Source: Candidatus Aminicenantales bacterium
GTDB lineage: Bacteria > Acidobacteriota > Aminicenantia > Aminicenantales > UBA4085
Direction of reading: 5' to 3'
DNA: 64,000 bases
NCBI GenBank assembly: GCA_049515535.1
Contig: JBEKTZ010000004.1
Coordinates: 62,001 to 126,000 of the forward strand
The position numbers were made by a program, and so were the translations under genes. The notes under the pieces were generated by a model. The model saw only the letters and a list, made by a program, of their open reading frames with translations. It was not told where the DNA came from and made no database searches. Positions 19,304 to 29,019 of the stretch are shown piece after piece. How positions within the stretch are numbered: position 1 is the stretch's first letter; each line of letters begins with the position of its first letter.

Positions 19304-20638
19304 TCAGATCGTTTTCGGCGCGCGCGTCCTTTCCTCGACGCTGATATCGCCGTGGGACGTGGAGATCTTGATCAAGGGCTTTCCGATCGCGTCGAGAAAG
19401 GCCTTGGTCACGGACTGTCCGTTGTGCTCTTCGAGAGAAGGCTTCTCCGCGAGATTCCAATGGATGTCTCCGTATTTCGTCAGCGCGTCGAACGGAAAAC
19501 GGCCTCCCGCGGGCCAGAGGAAACGGACGCCGGCGTATGAGCCGTAAACTTCGATCGGCCCGGTCACGGCTTCCGGCTCCAGCGTCAGATCGCCGTGGCT
19601 CAATCGCACGGTCGTTTTTCCCGTGAAACCATGAAGCTCGACGTTCTGATAGGACGTGGAGATGAAGATCTCGTCCGCGAGAACGGACTCGGCCTGGATC
19701 TCCATGTTCGTGCCCTTGACGCTCAGGTTGCCTTTGATGCCGTCGAGGCGGACCGGGGCGTAATTATTCGTGATCTCGAGCGGACCGCTGATCCCCCGAG
19801 CCTCGATGTCGCAGTGATGTCCCCGGATCGTGGCGGGTCCGGCGTCGGTCAAGGCTATTTTTTCATATGAACTCTCGATTTCGACGGCGCCTCTCAGGTT
19901 TTTCGCCGTGACTTGAGAATGGGAGCCCTTGACGATGACTTTTTTCCCGATGTCCTGCAGTTCCACTTCGCCGTAGCTCTGATCGAGACGCAGGTCTTCC
20001 CGGATACCGGCCGCCGTGATCTTGGAATGCCGGCTCGTGATATCGCAGTCGGCCAGGACGCCGAGAATGTTCACGTCCTCATATGAGTTATTGACGGTCA
20101 GTTTTCCTCCGATATCGGCGGCCTGGACTTCGCCGTGGGGATTGGCGATGTCCGTCTTTCCGGTCTTCGCGGCCTTCACCAGGCCATAGGAGTTTTTGAT
20201 CAGGACTTCCGTTCCCGAGGGAACGGAGATCTTGAAATGGGTCTCGAAATTCTTGCGTTTGAAATCGTCCCGGTTCGTCGACAGAATCATCCCCGGCTTC
20301 TTCCGGTCGACAATCATCTTGAGCCGGTTCGCGACTTGCCGGGCCTCTTCCGCGTTCTTCCGGAAGATGGTTTTTTTGAAGGCGATCGTGATCTTGTCGG
20401 TCGGGGAGCCTTGGATCTCGACGCTGCCGTGGGCGTTGATCACCTGAAGTTCGCGGGGAAGGGGACCGGCGATGTCCTGGGATTCCTCGAAGACGAATTC
20501 TTCATATTTCCCGAAGAGGAAAAAGTCCTCTCCGCCCCATTGGATCCATTGGATGTCGAGTTTCCCCGTTTCGGCATAGTAGATGAAAATACCGGCGCCG
20601 ATGATCAGCAGGACGAGGAAGATCTCCCTGGCTTTCAT
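19304..20638 (-). CDS. DUF4097 (toastrack/LiaG-like) beta-strand repeat membrane-anchored protein
   Basis: N-terminal TM followed by repeated x-N/S-S/H-Y/G-G-x-V/I units. Confidence 0.82.
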   Translation of the reverse strand: MKAREIFLVLLIIGAGIFIYYAETGKLDIQWIQWGGEDFFLFGKYEEFVFEESQDIAGPLPRELQVINAHGSVEIQGSPTDKITIAFKKTIFRKNAEEARQVANRLKMIVDRKKPGMILSTNRDDFKRKNFETHFKISVPSGTEVLIKNSYGLVKAAKTGKTDIANPHGEVQAADIGGKLTVNNSYEDVNILGVLADCDITSRHSKITAAGIREDLRLDQSYGEVELQDIGKKVIVKGSHSQVTAKNLRGAVEIESSYEKIALTDAGPATIRGHHCDIEARGISGPLEITNNYAPVRLDGIKGNLSVKGTNMEIQAESVLADEIFISTSYQNVELHGFTGKTTVRLSHGDLTLEPEAVTGPIEVYGSYAGVRFLWPAGGRFPFDALTKYGDIHWNLAEKPSLEEHNGQSVTKAFLDAIGKPLIKISTSHGDISVEERTRAPKTI

Positions 20639-20871
20639 ATTCCGTCCTGCGGCGCCCGAAACGTCGGCTTGTCCGCCGGTTTCTCTTTATGTTCCTGGAC
20701 CCCTCGGAAGAGCTTGAGTGCGCCCCAGATGATGAGAATCAGGGGCCAGAGCTTCCAGCCGGTGTCCCAGACTCTGATTCCGAAATTCTCGAGCAAAAAG
20801 ATCGCCCCGACGGCGATCAGGACGAATCCCCAGACAAGAGCGTCTTTGCTGTGGCGTTGGGCCATGGTCAT
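20635..20871 (-). CDS. Small LiaF/LiaI-like (DUF5668) 2-TM protein
   Basis: WGFVLIAVGAIFLLENF...KLWPLILIIWG; AAGGAG RBS. Confidence 0.78.
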   Translation of the reverse strand: MTMAQRHSKDALVWGFVLIAVGAIFLLENFGIRVWDTGWKLWPLILIIWGALKLFRGVQEHKEKPADKPTFRAPQDGI

Positions 20872-20879
20872 CTCCTTTA

Positions 20880-21389
20880 TCAGGTGTTTTTCTTGGCGAA
20901 ATAGTCGAAGATCATTTTCAGGCCGACGAGGATCACGACGGCCGGCCAGAAGTCGAAGATCTGGTCGTAGTGGATGATGTCGAAATTGCTCAACAGGAAG
21001 ATTGTGCCCAGACCCATCAGGACGATCCCCCAAAAGACCGAGCCGGAACGGACCGTTTTGACGGCGGCGGCTTCGGTGATGGGCGGCGCGGATGTCTGTC
21101 CCGCGGAGGCCGCTCCGTTGGCCGCCAAGGACAGACGATTGATCTCTCTGGCCGACTGAACGGCTTCGATGATCTGGAAGATATAGAATCCGGCGATCAG
21201 CAGGCCCGGGAACGGCGTCCGGGTGTGCGTTTGCATCGTGATCAGACCCGCGAAAATGATGATGAAAAGCACCCCTTTCAAGTATTCTCCGTTCAAGAGC
21301 TGCCCGGTGCCGGGGAAAAACCCAGAGAGAATGCCGGCCGCCGCGGGCGACTTGGGCGGTCTCTTTTGAATGATGATCCTATCGGTCAT
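20880..21389 (-). CDS. Membrane protein with KSP..A..LS.FFPG.GQ domain plus LiaF/DUF5668-like domain
   Basis: N-terminal TM2/DUF5683-like motif; C-terminal WGIVLMGLGTIFLL..FWP; GGAGG RBS. Confidence 0.78.
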   Translation of the reverse strand: MTDRIIIQKRPPKSPAAAGILSGFFPGTGQLLNGEYLKGVLFIIIFAGLITMQTHTRTPFPGLLIAGFYIFQIIEAVQSAREINRLSLAANGAASAGQTSAPPITEAAAVKTVRSGSVFWGIVLMGLGTIFLLSNFDIIHYDQIFDFWPAVVILVGLKMIFDYFAKKNT

Positions 21390-21412
21390 GTCATACCTCC
21401 CATGAGAAATTT

Positions 21413-21907
21413 TTATTCTTCACTCTTGCTCAAAGGGTTGATCTTTTTGAGCGAGTCGAAAACGCTGTCGGCGTAAGCGCCAAGGCTGTCCGTGAACGAT
21501 CCGGCCTTGGCATAGAGTTTTTCGGCTTGGTTATATCCCCAGTCGAACTGACGGCCGATCGCCTTGTTGATCCGGTTCTTCTCCGGGCTCAGCATATAAA
21601 AAGAAAACACGACCAGGAAAACGGTGGCCGCCGCGAACACGGGCTGGAGGGCGGGTCTGAGAAGGATATCCAGGCTGAACCGGAATTTCTTTCGGCCCGG
21701 GATGGCGTAAAGCTTCTCGCGCAGGCGCGGGCTCGGCTCGATTTCCGGAAACGCAGCCAGCGATTCGTCAGCGGACCGCAGGGCGGAAAGGAGGGCCGCG
21801 CAACCCGGGCAGGCCCGGACGTGCCGATCGACCAGGTCCTTGTCTTCGGGCCCGAGTTCTCCGTCCGCGTAAGATGTCAACAGTTCCTCGAACTTGTCAC
21901 ACATCAT
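21413..21907 (-). CDS. Zinc-finger (zf-HC2) transmembrane anti-sigma factor
   Basis: MMCDKFEELL..Y.DGEL...HVRACPGC followed by one TM; directly downstream of ECF sigma. Confidence 0.9.
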   Translation of the reverse strand: MMCDKFEELLTSYADGELGPEDKDLVDRHVRACPGCAALLSALRSADESLAAFPEIEPSPRLREKLYAIPGRKKFRFSLDILLRPALQPVFAAATVFLVVFSFYMLSPEKNRINKAIGRQFDWGYNQAEKLYAKAGSFTDSLGAYADSVFDSLKKINPLSKSEE

Positions 21908-22454
21908 GGGCCTTCTCCTTGTGGTCCTTGAGGATTTTGGCCAATTGGAGCCGTCCGCGATTGATCCTGGATTTGACCGTCCCGATGGGAAGAGCCAGGA
22001 TCTCCGCGACCTCTTCATATTTTTTGCCCTGGATTTCCTTGAGGATGATGGCCGTCCTCACGTCGTTGGGCAGGATGTTCAATCCCATCCAGAGGATCTT
22101 CTTGTTCTCTTCCTCGACGATGCGGCGTTCGGGATCATCCGCCGCCGCGTCCTGAAAATGCTCGTCGAAATCGTCCCGCTGTTTCTTCTCCCATTTCGTG
22201 CGCCGGTATTCGTCGATGAGATGGTTCTTGGCCAGGGTGAGGAACCAGGCCGTGAAGTTCTTCGACACGTCGTATTTGGAAAGGGAGTGATGGAGCTTCA
22301 AGAATATGTCCTGGGTCAGGTCTTCGGCCTCCTGGAAGCTGCCGGCGAACTGGTAAGACATGTTGAATATCTTTTTAGAGTAGAGGTCCACCAGCATGTT
22401 CCAGGCTCCTTCTTTGCCGTCCAGGCATTCCTGAATCAATGTTTCCAATATCAC
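21897..22454 (-). CDS. ECF RNA polymerase sigma factor
   Basis: AEDLTQDIF, WFLTLAKN..IDEYR and GTVKSRINRGR regions. Confidence 0.95.
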   Translation of the reverse strand: MILETLIQECLDGKEGAWNMLVDLYSKKIFNMSYQFAGSFQEAEDLTQDIFLKLHHSLSKYDVSKNFTAWFLTLAKNHLIDEYRRTKWEKKQRDDFDEHFQDAAADDPERRIVEEENKKILWMGLNILPNDVRTAIILKEIQGKKYEEVAEILALPIGTVKSRINRGRLQLAKILKDHKEKAHDV

Positions 22455-22468
22455 TCACTACACCCCGA

Positions 22469-22496
22469 TAGACGAGATCCGGACCCGGAAAGTTCC
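22469..22496 (-). promoter_or_regulatory. ECF-type autoregulatory promoter
   Basis: GGAACT-N16-CGTCTA ending 14 nt before the sigma GTG. Confidence 0.75.
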
Positions 22497-22522
22497 GTCG
22501 TGCACCCCTCTTTTTCTCCCCG

Positions 22523-24196
22523 TTAGAAAAACGGAAACAGGGTTTTGTTCGTTCTTTCTCTTGACGGAAGCCGGATATTGTTCGATTCCCGGACGGCTCC
22601 CCCGCGGACCTCGGGGCCCAGGCGATAAGCCGCCTCGGCCCGGCGAAAGTCATTATCAATGAGGATGATGTCCCTGGTCCTGTCGCCGCGGATATCGAGG
22701 AAAACGAACGTTCCGGGAAGCGCCTTACAATGACGCACGATCGCGTTATCGACCTGGCTCAAAACCACGGCCGGAGCCGCCTTTGTCCCCCCGGCCGGAG
22801 CCGACCCTCCCCGGAATCCGTCGAGCTCCAGTCCCTCGATATCTTCGAGAGCGAGAGCGCTCGCCCAGCGATCATATTCCGGCTTGTCCCAGATGATCTC
22901 GACATTTCGCAGCTTGAGGTTTTTCGCTTGTTTGAAGGTCAGGGCATGGACCGCTTTGTCATAGGGCGCGGCCGGGTCGTGAGCGATGAACAGCTTGACG
23001 TTGTCCATCGTGACGCCGTCCAGCGGACTGTCGGGATGTCCGTTGCAGACGCTCGCCCCTTGGCCGTGGGCGATGACGTTCGCAATCGTCACGTTCCGGA
23101 TCGTGCCGGCCGGGCGATCGTCCTCCTTTTTCCAATTCTTGTGGACTTCACTCCTTTTTTTGACATTGAAATGGAACGGCTCGCCGTCGCCCCACCAGAA
23201 CCAGGCGTATCGAACGCAGTCGATGGTCAGGTTGGAGAGGACGATGTTCTCGACAATGCCGCCGTCGAAGTCCATGAAGGCGATGCCGCGGTTGGAATTC
23301 GTGATCACGCAGTTGTCGATGGTGACGTTGCGGATGGCGTTCATGTTGCCGTCGCAGAACTTGACGGCGCTGGAGGCGGAGGAAAGCCGGCAATTGGTCA
23401 CGGTGATGTTCTCGCAGGGAAGGGCGGGCCCGAACCAATTCATGGAATAGAAGACGAGAGCGTCGTCGCCGGTCGCGATCGTGCAGTTCGAGATGCGGAG
23501 GTCCTTGCAGCCGTCGGGGTCGATCCCGTCCGCCCAGACGCCGTCCTTCAGGCTCGAGCGGATAGCGACTCCGTCGATCACCGTGCGTTCGCAGCCGTAG
23601 AGGTGCATGGTCCAGGACGGCGAATCGATGAAGGACAGGCCCGTGATGAGGACGTCCTTGCAGCGCAAAAGAAGGACGAGCTTACCGAATTGGTCTTCTT
23701 TGGGAAAGCTGCGGACGAGCGGCCGGCCGATCTTTTCCATTTCCACCTGGTTCGGATAGATGAAGTCGTCCTGGAAATCTCCCTTCGGACGATAAACGTA
23801 GGCGGCCTGGCCGTCGACCGTGCCCCGGCCTTCGAGCGTGACGTTGACCAGGTCCTCACCATAGAAAAGGGCGTCTTTGTCGAAGGCCGCTTTATCCTTG
23901 ATCGAATAGAGGGTCGCGCCGGCTTCGATGAAGAAACGCACGCAGCTGCGCAGATGGACGGTTCCCGTCGAATATCCCCCCGGCGGAACATAGACCAGGC
24001 CGCCTCCCGCCGCGGCGCAGGCGTCGACCGCCTTCTGGATGGCGGGCTGGGCTTTATCGGATTTGAGTCCCGTGGCGCCGAAGTCCCGGACATTGAAAAC
24101 GGCCGCTTTCGCCGAAGGTTGGGCCGCCGCCGGAAGGGCGGAACAAGCGACGAATAAAAGAAAAAAGCGGATGAATTTAGGCTTTTCGTAGAGCAT
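22523..24196 (-). CDS. GH28-like (pectin lyase fold) glycoside hydrolase
   Basis: Signal peptide; FNVRDFGA, AIQKAVDAC..GGG.VYVPPG, ADGIDPD and GDDA motifs; beta-helix repeats. Confidence 0.85.
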   Translation of the reverse strand: MLYEKPKFIRFFLLFVACSALPAAAQPSAKAAVFNVRDFGATGLKSDKAQPAIQKAVDACAAAGGGLVYVPPGGYSTGTVHLRSCVRFFIEAGATLYSIKDKAAFDKDALFYGEDLVNVTLEGRGTVDGQAAYVYRPKGDFQDDFIYPNQVEMEKIGRPLVRSFPKEDQFGKLVLLLRCKDVLITGLSFIDSPSWTMHLYGCERTVIDGVAIRSSLKDGVWADGIDPDGCKDLRISNCTIATGDDALVFYSMNWFGPALPCENITVTNCRLSSASSAVKFCDGNMNAIRNVTIDNCVITNSNRGIAFMDFDGGIVENIVLSNLTIDCVRYAWFWWGDGEPFHFNVKKRSEVHKNWKKEDDRPAGTIRNVTIANVIAHGQGASVCNGHPDSPLDGVTMDNVKLFIAHDPAAPYDKAVHALTFKQAKNLKLRNVEIIWDKPEYDRWASALALEDIEGLELDGFRGGSAPAGGTKAAPAVVLSQVDNAIVRHCKALPGTFVFLDIRGDRTRDIILIDNDFRRAEAAYRLGPEVRGGAVRESNNIRLPSRERTNKTLFPFF

Positions 24197-24210
24197 GGAA
24201 TCTCTCCTCG

Positions 24211-25308
24211 TCAATGTTTGTGGCGGTGATGGATGTCCGGCCAATGGCCGTGGATATGGTCCATTTCCTCATGCGCATGCTCGTGGGAATGAGGCCCCTC
24301 GATTTTCTCCTCATGCGGATGAAGATGGTGCCCGTCGCCATGCCCGTGCGCGTGCGCGTGGACCAGCTTTTCGTGCCGGTGATCATGGGCATGCTTTTCG
24401 TTGATGATGAGATAGACGCCTACGACCATGAAAAGCGCGCCGGGGGCCAGGACCCATTTGGCCGGCTCGGGCAAAATGGCCAGTGAGACGAGCGCTCCGG
24501 CGAACGGGGCGAAGCTGAAGAAAGCGCCCGTCCGGAACGATCCGAGCCGGAGCAGGGCTTTGATAAAGAGCACCAGGCTCAAGCCGTAGCTCAGGGCTCC
24601 AAGAATCAAGGCGAAGAATAAAACGGGATGAAAGGGCGTCTTCAGACCGAGGACGCCAGCCAGAGCCAAGTTGAAAACTCCCGCGATGAACACCTTGATT
24701 TGCGAAATCTGGACCGGATTTTTATCCGATATGCGCCGGGTGAGGTTGTTGTCCACTCCCCAGCAGGTCACGCCGGCGAGGACCAGGAGAGACCCTGAGA
24801 CGGCGAATTTATTTTGGCCTGGGTCCCAGCTTAAAAAGATCCCGGCACACGTCATGAAGGCAAGGGCCAGCCAGATCCGGCGGCCCGCGTTCTCCTTGAA
24901 GATCAGGACGGCGATCAAGGCCGTGGCGACTCCCTCCAAATTTTGAAGGAGCGAGGCCGCATAGCCCGATATTATGGCCAGGCCGGAAAGCAGGCAGATC
25001 GGCCCGAGGATCCCCCCGCTCAGAATCGCGCCGGCCAGCCATGGATAATCTCTCCGCTCGAGCGGCGGAGCCTCGTCATTTTTGGACTTGCCAAAGAACT
25101 TTTTCCCCTGGGAATAGCCCGCCAGTCCGAGAAAGGCGCCCAGGTAAAGCAGTCCGGCCAGGGCGATGGGAGAAATTTGGCGGAGAAGGACTTTGGAAGC
25201 CGGGATGCTCAGGCCGTAGAGAACGGCCGAAGCGATGACATATATATAAGGCCGATTATTCAAGCCGTTCCCCGCTCCGATTATATGAAACGCGCCGGTC
25301 TTGAGCAA
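24211..25308 (-). CDS. DMT/EamA family transporter with His-rich C-terminal tail
   Basis: About 10 TM; WGVDNNLTR; tail ending HWPDIHHRHKH; start uncertain. Confidence 0.87.
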   Translation of the reverse strand: MLKTGAFHIIGAGNGLNNRPYIYVIASAVLYGLSIPASKVLLRQISPIALAGLLYLGAFLGLAGYSQGKKFFGKSKNDEAPPLERRDYPWLAGAILSGGILGPICLLSGLAIISGYAASLLQNLEGVATALIAVLIFKENAGRRIWLALAFMTCAGIFLSWDPGQNKFAVSGSLLVLAGVTCWGVDNNLTRRISDKNPVQISQIKVFIAGVFNLALAGVLGLKTPFHPVLFFALILGALSYGLSLVLFIKALLRLGSFRTGAFFSFAPFAGALVSLAILPEPAKWVLAPGALFMVVGVYLIINEKHAHDHRHEKLVHAHAHGHGDGHHLHPHEEKIEGPHSHEHAHEEMDHIHGHWPDIHHRHKH

Positions 25309-25332
25309 GGGTCGTGTTCCGAAAAATAATGC

Positions 25333-25361
25333 TTGCTATGGAATGGAATTTCGCGTATACT
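25333..25361 (+). promoter_or_regulatory. Sigma70-type promoter of DEAD-box helicase
   Basis: TTGCTA-N17-TATACT in an AT-rich intergenic region. Confidence 0.55.
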
Positions 25362-25480
25362 GCGAATCTAGACATCTGGTAGGAAATAGTCAAAACCGCT
25401 AATTATTGCCTTCACCGAGAGATAATTAAGTCTGACGATCATCCCCCTTATGCTGGAATTTAAAACCAAAAGGATTTGTC

Positions 25481-26749
25481 ATGTTGTTTAATGAACTGAA
25501 CCTTAACTCCAAGCTTCTCCGCGGAATCGCGGATCGGGGTTACACTGAAATGACGCCCGTCCAGGAGCAAACCCTGGCCGAGACTCTTCAGGGACACGAC
25601 GTGGCCGTCCAGTCCCAGACAGGGACCGGTAAAACGGCGGCGTTTCTGATCACGCTTTACGAGAACATGCTCAACGGCGAAACGCCCAAGTGGCGAAGCG
25701 CCCTGATCATCGTTCCGACCCGGGAGCTGGCCGTCCAGATCGAAGGCGAAGCGCGCCTCCTCAACCGTCATCTCGATTTTTCCATCGGCTGCTTTTACGG
25801 CGGCGTGGGCTACGATCATCAATGTGCTCTCCTGAGGAAAGGCGTGGATATCGTCGTCGGGACTCCGGGACGGCTGCTCGACCTCAGCGAGAAGGGGTAC
25901 TTGAAATTGAAGGACATCGGATTTCTGGTAATCGACGAGGCCGACCGCCTCTTCGATATGGGATTTCTGCCCGACATCAAAAAGCTGCTCCAGAAAATGA
26001 CTCCTCCCCGCGTCCGCCAGAGCATGCTCTTCGGCGCGACGCTGAGCCGCGTCTCGCGGAAGATCGCCGCCGATTACCTGTACAGACCGGCCTTCGTCGA
26101 GCTGACTCCCGAGAACCTGACCGTGGACACGATCACCCAGGAGATCTATCACGTCAAGAGCCATATCAAGGCCAACCTGCTCCTCGGCATTTTCAAGAAA
26201 GAAAAACCGCGGAATGCCCTGATTTTCGTTAACATGCGACATTCCGCGTACAAGCTGGCTAAGAAGCTCGACCTCAACGGCTTCCGCTGCCGCCATCTGT
26301 CCGGGGACCTTCCCCAGAGCACGAGACTGAAGATCATCGATGATTTCATGGCGGGCAAGCTCTCCTACCTGGTCGCCACGGACGTGGCGGCCCGCGGCCT
26401 TCATATCGAGGGGCTGGAAATGGTCGTCAATTACGACCTGCCTCAGGACTACGAGAATTACGTGCACCGTATCGGCCGAACGGCGCGGGCCGGCAATACC
26501 GGCAAGGCCGTTTCCTTCGCCTGCGAAAAATTCTCCGAGCACCTTTACGGCATCGAAAAATTTATAAAAATGAGGATCCCCGAAAAGACCGCCGGCCTGG
26601 ACATGTACGCGACGGACAGGAGCCTCGAGTTCGCGCCGGACAAGAGGGACGGAAAGCCGCGAGGCCAAAAACGGGAGTCAGGACGCGGCGACGCGAAACG
26701 CCGCGATAAATCCGGATCCCGAGGGCAGATGAGCGCCCATCCGGCTTAG
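25481..26749 (+). CDS. DEAD-box RNA helicase (RhlB/RhlE-like)
   Basis: Q motif, TGTGKT, PTRELA, TPGR, DEAD, ARGL and HRIGRTAR; basic C-tail. Confidence 0.95.
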   Translation: MLFNELNLNSKLLRGIADRGYTEMTPVQEQTLAETLQGHDVAVQSQTGTGKTAAFLITLYENMLNGETPKWRSALIIVPTRELAVQIEGEARLLNRHLDFSIGCFYGGVGYDHQCALLRKGVDIVVGTPGRLLDLSEKGYLKLKDIGFLVIDEADRLFDMGFLPDIKKLLQKMTPPRVRQSMLFGATLSRVSRKIAADYLYRPAFVELTPENLTVDTITQEIYHVKSHIKANLLLGIFKKEKPRNALIFVNMRHSAYKLAKKLDLNGFRCRHLSGDLPQSTRLKIIDDFMAGKLSYLVATDVAARGLHIEGLEMVVNYDLPQDYENYVHRIGRTARAGNTGKAVSFACEKFSEHLYGIEKFIKMRIPEKTAGLDMYATDRSLEFAPDKRDGKPRGQKRESGRGDAKRRDKSGSRGQMSAHPA

Positions 26750-26763
26750 ATCGGGCCGTCCTT

Positions 26764-27870
26764 TCAAACCGTCTTTTTCGGCTGAGCGCAGACGATACCG
26801 CGGGGGTTGAAGCATTTGTTGCAGGAGATGCAATCCGACATGGCGATTTCTCCCGCGCGGAATTTTTTCACCAAATCAGGTTGCCGGATCAGGGGCCGGC
26901 TGAGCGAAATGAGATCGACTTTCCCGTCCTTGACGAATCTTTCCATCATGGCGAAGGTCCGGTTTCCGCCGAGCCCGAACACCGGAACCCCGACCGCTTT
27001 CTTGATAACGGCGGCATAAGGGACAAAATAACCTTCCTCGTCCTCGCGCCTCAATCCCTGCCAGACCGAGCCCTTCCCGGCCTCGGCCATGCCTCCGCTG
27101 ACCTCGATGCCGTCGATACCCGAACTCTCTAAAATCATCGCGATTTGGGTGGCGTCTTCGAGTTGGAGCCCAATCTCCAGGAAATCAGTCGCATTCAATT
27201 TCACGATGAGAGGGAAATCCCTCCCGTTGATATCTTGGATTCCTCGGATGATCTCCAGCGCGATCCTGACGCGGTTGTCGATGGATCCGCCCCATTCATC
27301 CGTCCGGCGGTTGGTGTGAGGCGAGAGGAAACTGCTGAGCAAGTAGCCGTGGGCCATGTGCAACTGGGCCCCGTCGAATCCCGCCTCTTTCGCTCTCCGG
27401 CCGGCCTGGACGAAATCATCGATGGTTTTCGCGATGTCCTCGCGCGTCATCTCTCTCGGCATGAGCTTGACCGTCGGTTCATAAACTGGGGAGGGGGAGA
27501 TCGGAGTGCCGCCGGCCAGCTTCACTTTGGTCTGGCGCCCCGCATGCGCCAGTTGGATGAAAATCTTCGCCGGATAGGCATGGACGGCCCGCGGAATGCA
27601 GCGCAATCCTTCGATGTATCTGTCGGCTGAGATGCTCGTCTGGCGCGGGCTGGCTTTTCCGTTTGGATTGACAAAGGCGTGGCCGGTGATGATGAGTCCA
27701 ACCTCGCCCTCGGCCAACCGTTGAAAAAGACCGACTTGACGTTCGGTGACCGTGCCGTCCGCCTCGGCCATATATTCATGCGTCGCGGACCGGACAAAGC
27801 GGTTGGAGATTTCCGCCCGGCCGATCTTGATGGGAGCGAAAAGGATTGAATCTTTGTTGGTTTTGGCCAT
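26764..27870 (-). CDS. NADH:flavin oxidoreductase (Old Yellow Enzyme family)
   Basis: NRFVRSAT, QLAHAGR, HMAHGYLLSSFLSP..NRRTDEWGG; C-terminal CxxCxxC. Confidence 0.92.
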   Translation of the reverse strand: MAKTNKDSILFAPIKIGRAEISNRFVRSATHEYMAEADGTVTERQVGLFQRLAEGEVGLIITGHAFVNPNGKASPRQTSISADRYIEGLRCIPRAVHAYPAKIFIQLAHAGRQTKVKLAGGTPISPSPVYEPTVKLMPREMTREDIAKTIDDFVQAGRRAKEAGFDGAQLHMAHGYLLSSFLSPHTNRRTDEWGGSIDNRVRIALEIIRGIQDINGRDFPLIVKLNATDFLEIGLQLEDATQIAMILESSGIDGIEVSGGMAEAGKGSVWQGLRREDEEGYFVPYAAVIKKAVGVPVFGLGGNRTFAMMERFVKDGKVDLISLSRPLIRQPDLVKKFRAGEIAMSDCISCNKCFNPRGIVCAQPKKTV

Positions 27871-28043
27871 TCATTCGTCCTTTTTCTTGAATTCCCGACA
27901 ATTTTACAAGAAAGATGAGTATTTTTCCGCTTATTTGTTCGACTTTCCTTTTCCGAGCAGGGGCATTCGCTTGAATTGGCCCGGCTTTCGGGGTATTTTT
28001 AGCATGCCATGCAACGGTCTTGGCTGATTTTAGGTTTAAAACA

Positions 28044-28631
28044 ATGAATATGGACGAGCAGCAGCTGGTCGGCCGGATTCAGGCAGGCGATGAATCGGCT
28101 TTTGCCGAGATCGTCTGCATTTACAAGGATAAGATCGTGAATTATTTGTATCAGGTGACCGGTGATTACCAAAAGGCAGTGGACTTGTCGCAGGAGACGT
28201 TCCTGCGAATTTACTTCAAAGCCGACAAGTATAGACCCATCGCTCCGTTCTCCTCGTGGATCTATGCCATCGCCTCCAATCTGGCCAAGACGGAATTGAA
28301 AAAGAAATACCGGGCGAACGTTGTTTCGATCGACGACATCGTTCCCGGCGCGGAAACGAGCACGCCGAGCGGTGAATCGACGGATTCCGGGCTGATCAAA
28401 AACCTCAGGCAAGCCCTGGAGGCGCTCAGCCCCCGTTACAGGATTCCCGTGGTCCTCAAAGACATGGAAGGGTACTCGCAGGAAGAAATCGCCAGGATCA
28501 TCAATCGGCCGATTGGAACGGTCAAGGCCAGGATCAGCCGCGGGCGGAGCATACTGAAAAAGCAATTGGAAAAAGCGACGAAAGGGAATCCATCCTTTCA
28601 AAATAGGGAGATCTTAGATGGACGATACTAG
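28044..28631 (+). CDS. ECF RNA polymerase sigma factor
   Basis: DLSQETF, WIYAIASN and GTVKARISRGR regions. Confidence 0.93.
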   Translation: MNMDEQQLVGRIQAGDESAFAEIVCIYKDKIVNYLYQVTGDYQKAVDLSQETFLRIYFKADKYRPIAPFSSWIYAIASNLAKTELKKKYRANVVSIDDIVPGAETSTPSGESTDSGLIKNLRQALEALSPRYRIPVVLKDMEGYSQEEIARIINRPIGTVKARISRGRSILKKQLEKATKGNPSFQNREILDGRY

Positions 28632-29004
28632 TCTTTTAAGGAAGCTCGACCGGGTCGCCGCTCCGCCGGATTTCGATCGGCGGGTCTTGGCCCAATTGGC
28701 CCGGAGGCGGACGGCCCTGCCGCAGGCCAGAAAAGCCCGGACCTTCCGGTATTCCCTGGCGGGCGCGGCGGCCGCGCTCCTCGTTTGTTTTCTGGTCCTG
28801 AACATGGTCGTCCTGCGAAACAGCCCCGGCCGCGGGCCGATGGCCGACCGGGTCAACGCGGCAGCCGCTAATGTCGACCGGCTCGTCCCCATCATGGAGT
28901 CCATGAACTACAGGAATGAAGTCCGCGGTGTCTCTTATGGACCCAAGACCGTCTATATATTGGAGCAAGTATCCGATGCTTCCAACAAATACATTCATTA
29001 TTAA
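28618..29004 (+). CDS. Putative single-TM anti-sigma factor
   Basis: APPDF..RVLAQL, one TM, overlaps the sigma stop; no zinc motif. Confidence 0.65.
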   Translation: MDDTSLLRKLDRVAAPPDFDRRVLAQLARRRTALPQARKARTFRYSLAGAAAALLVCFLVLNMVVLRNSPGRGPMADRVNAAAANVDRLVPIMESMNYRNEVRGVSYGPKTVYILEQVSDASNKYIHY

Positions 29005-29019
29005 GGAGAATATCAACCG

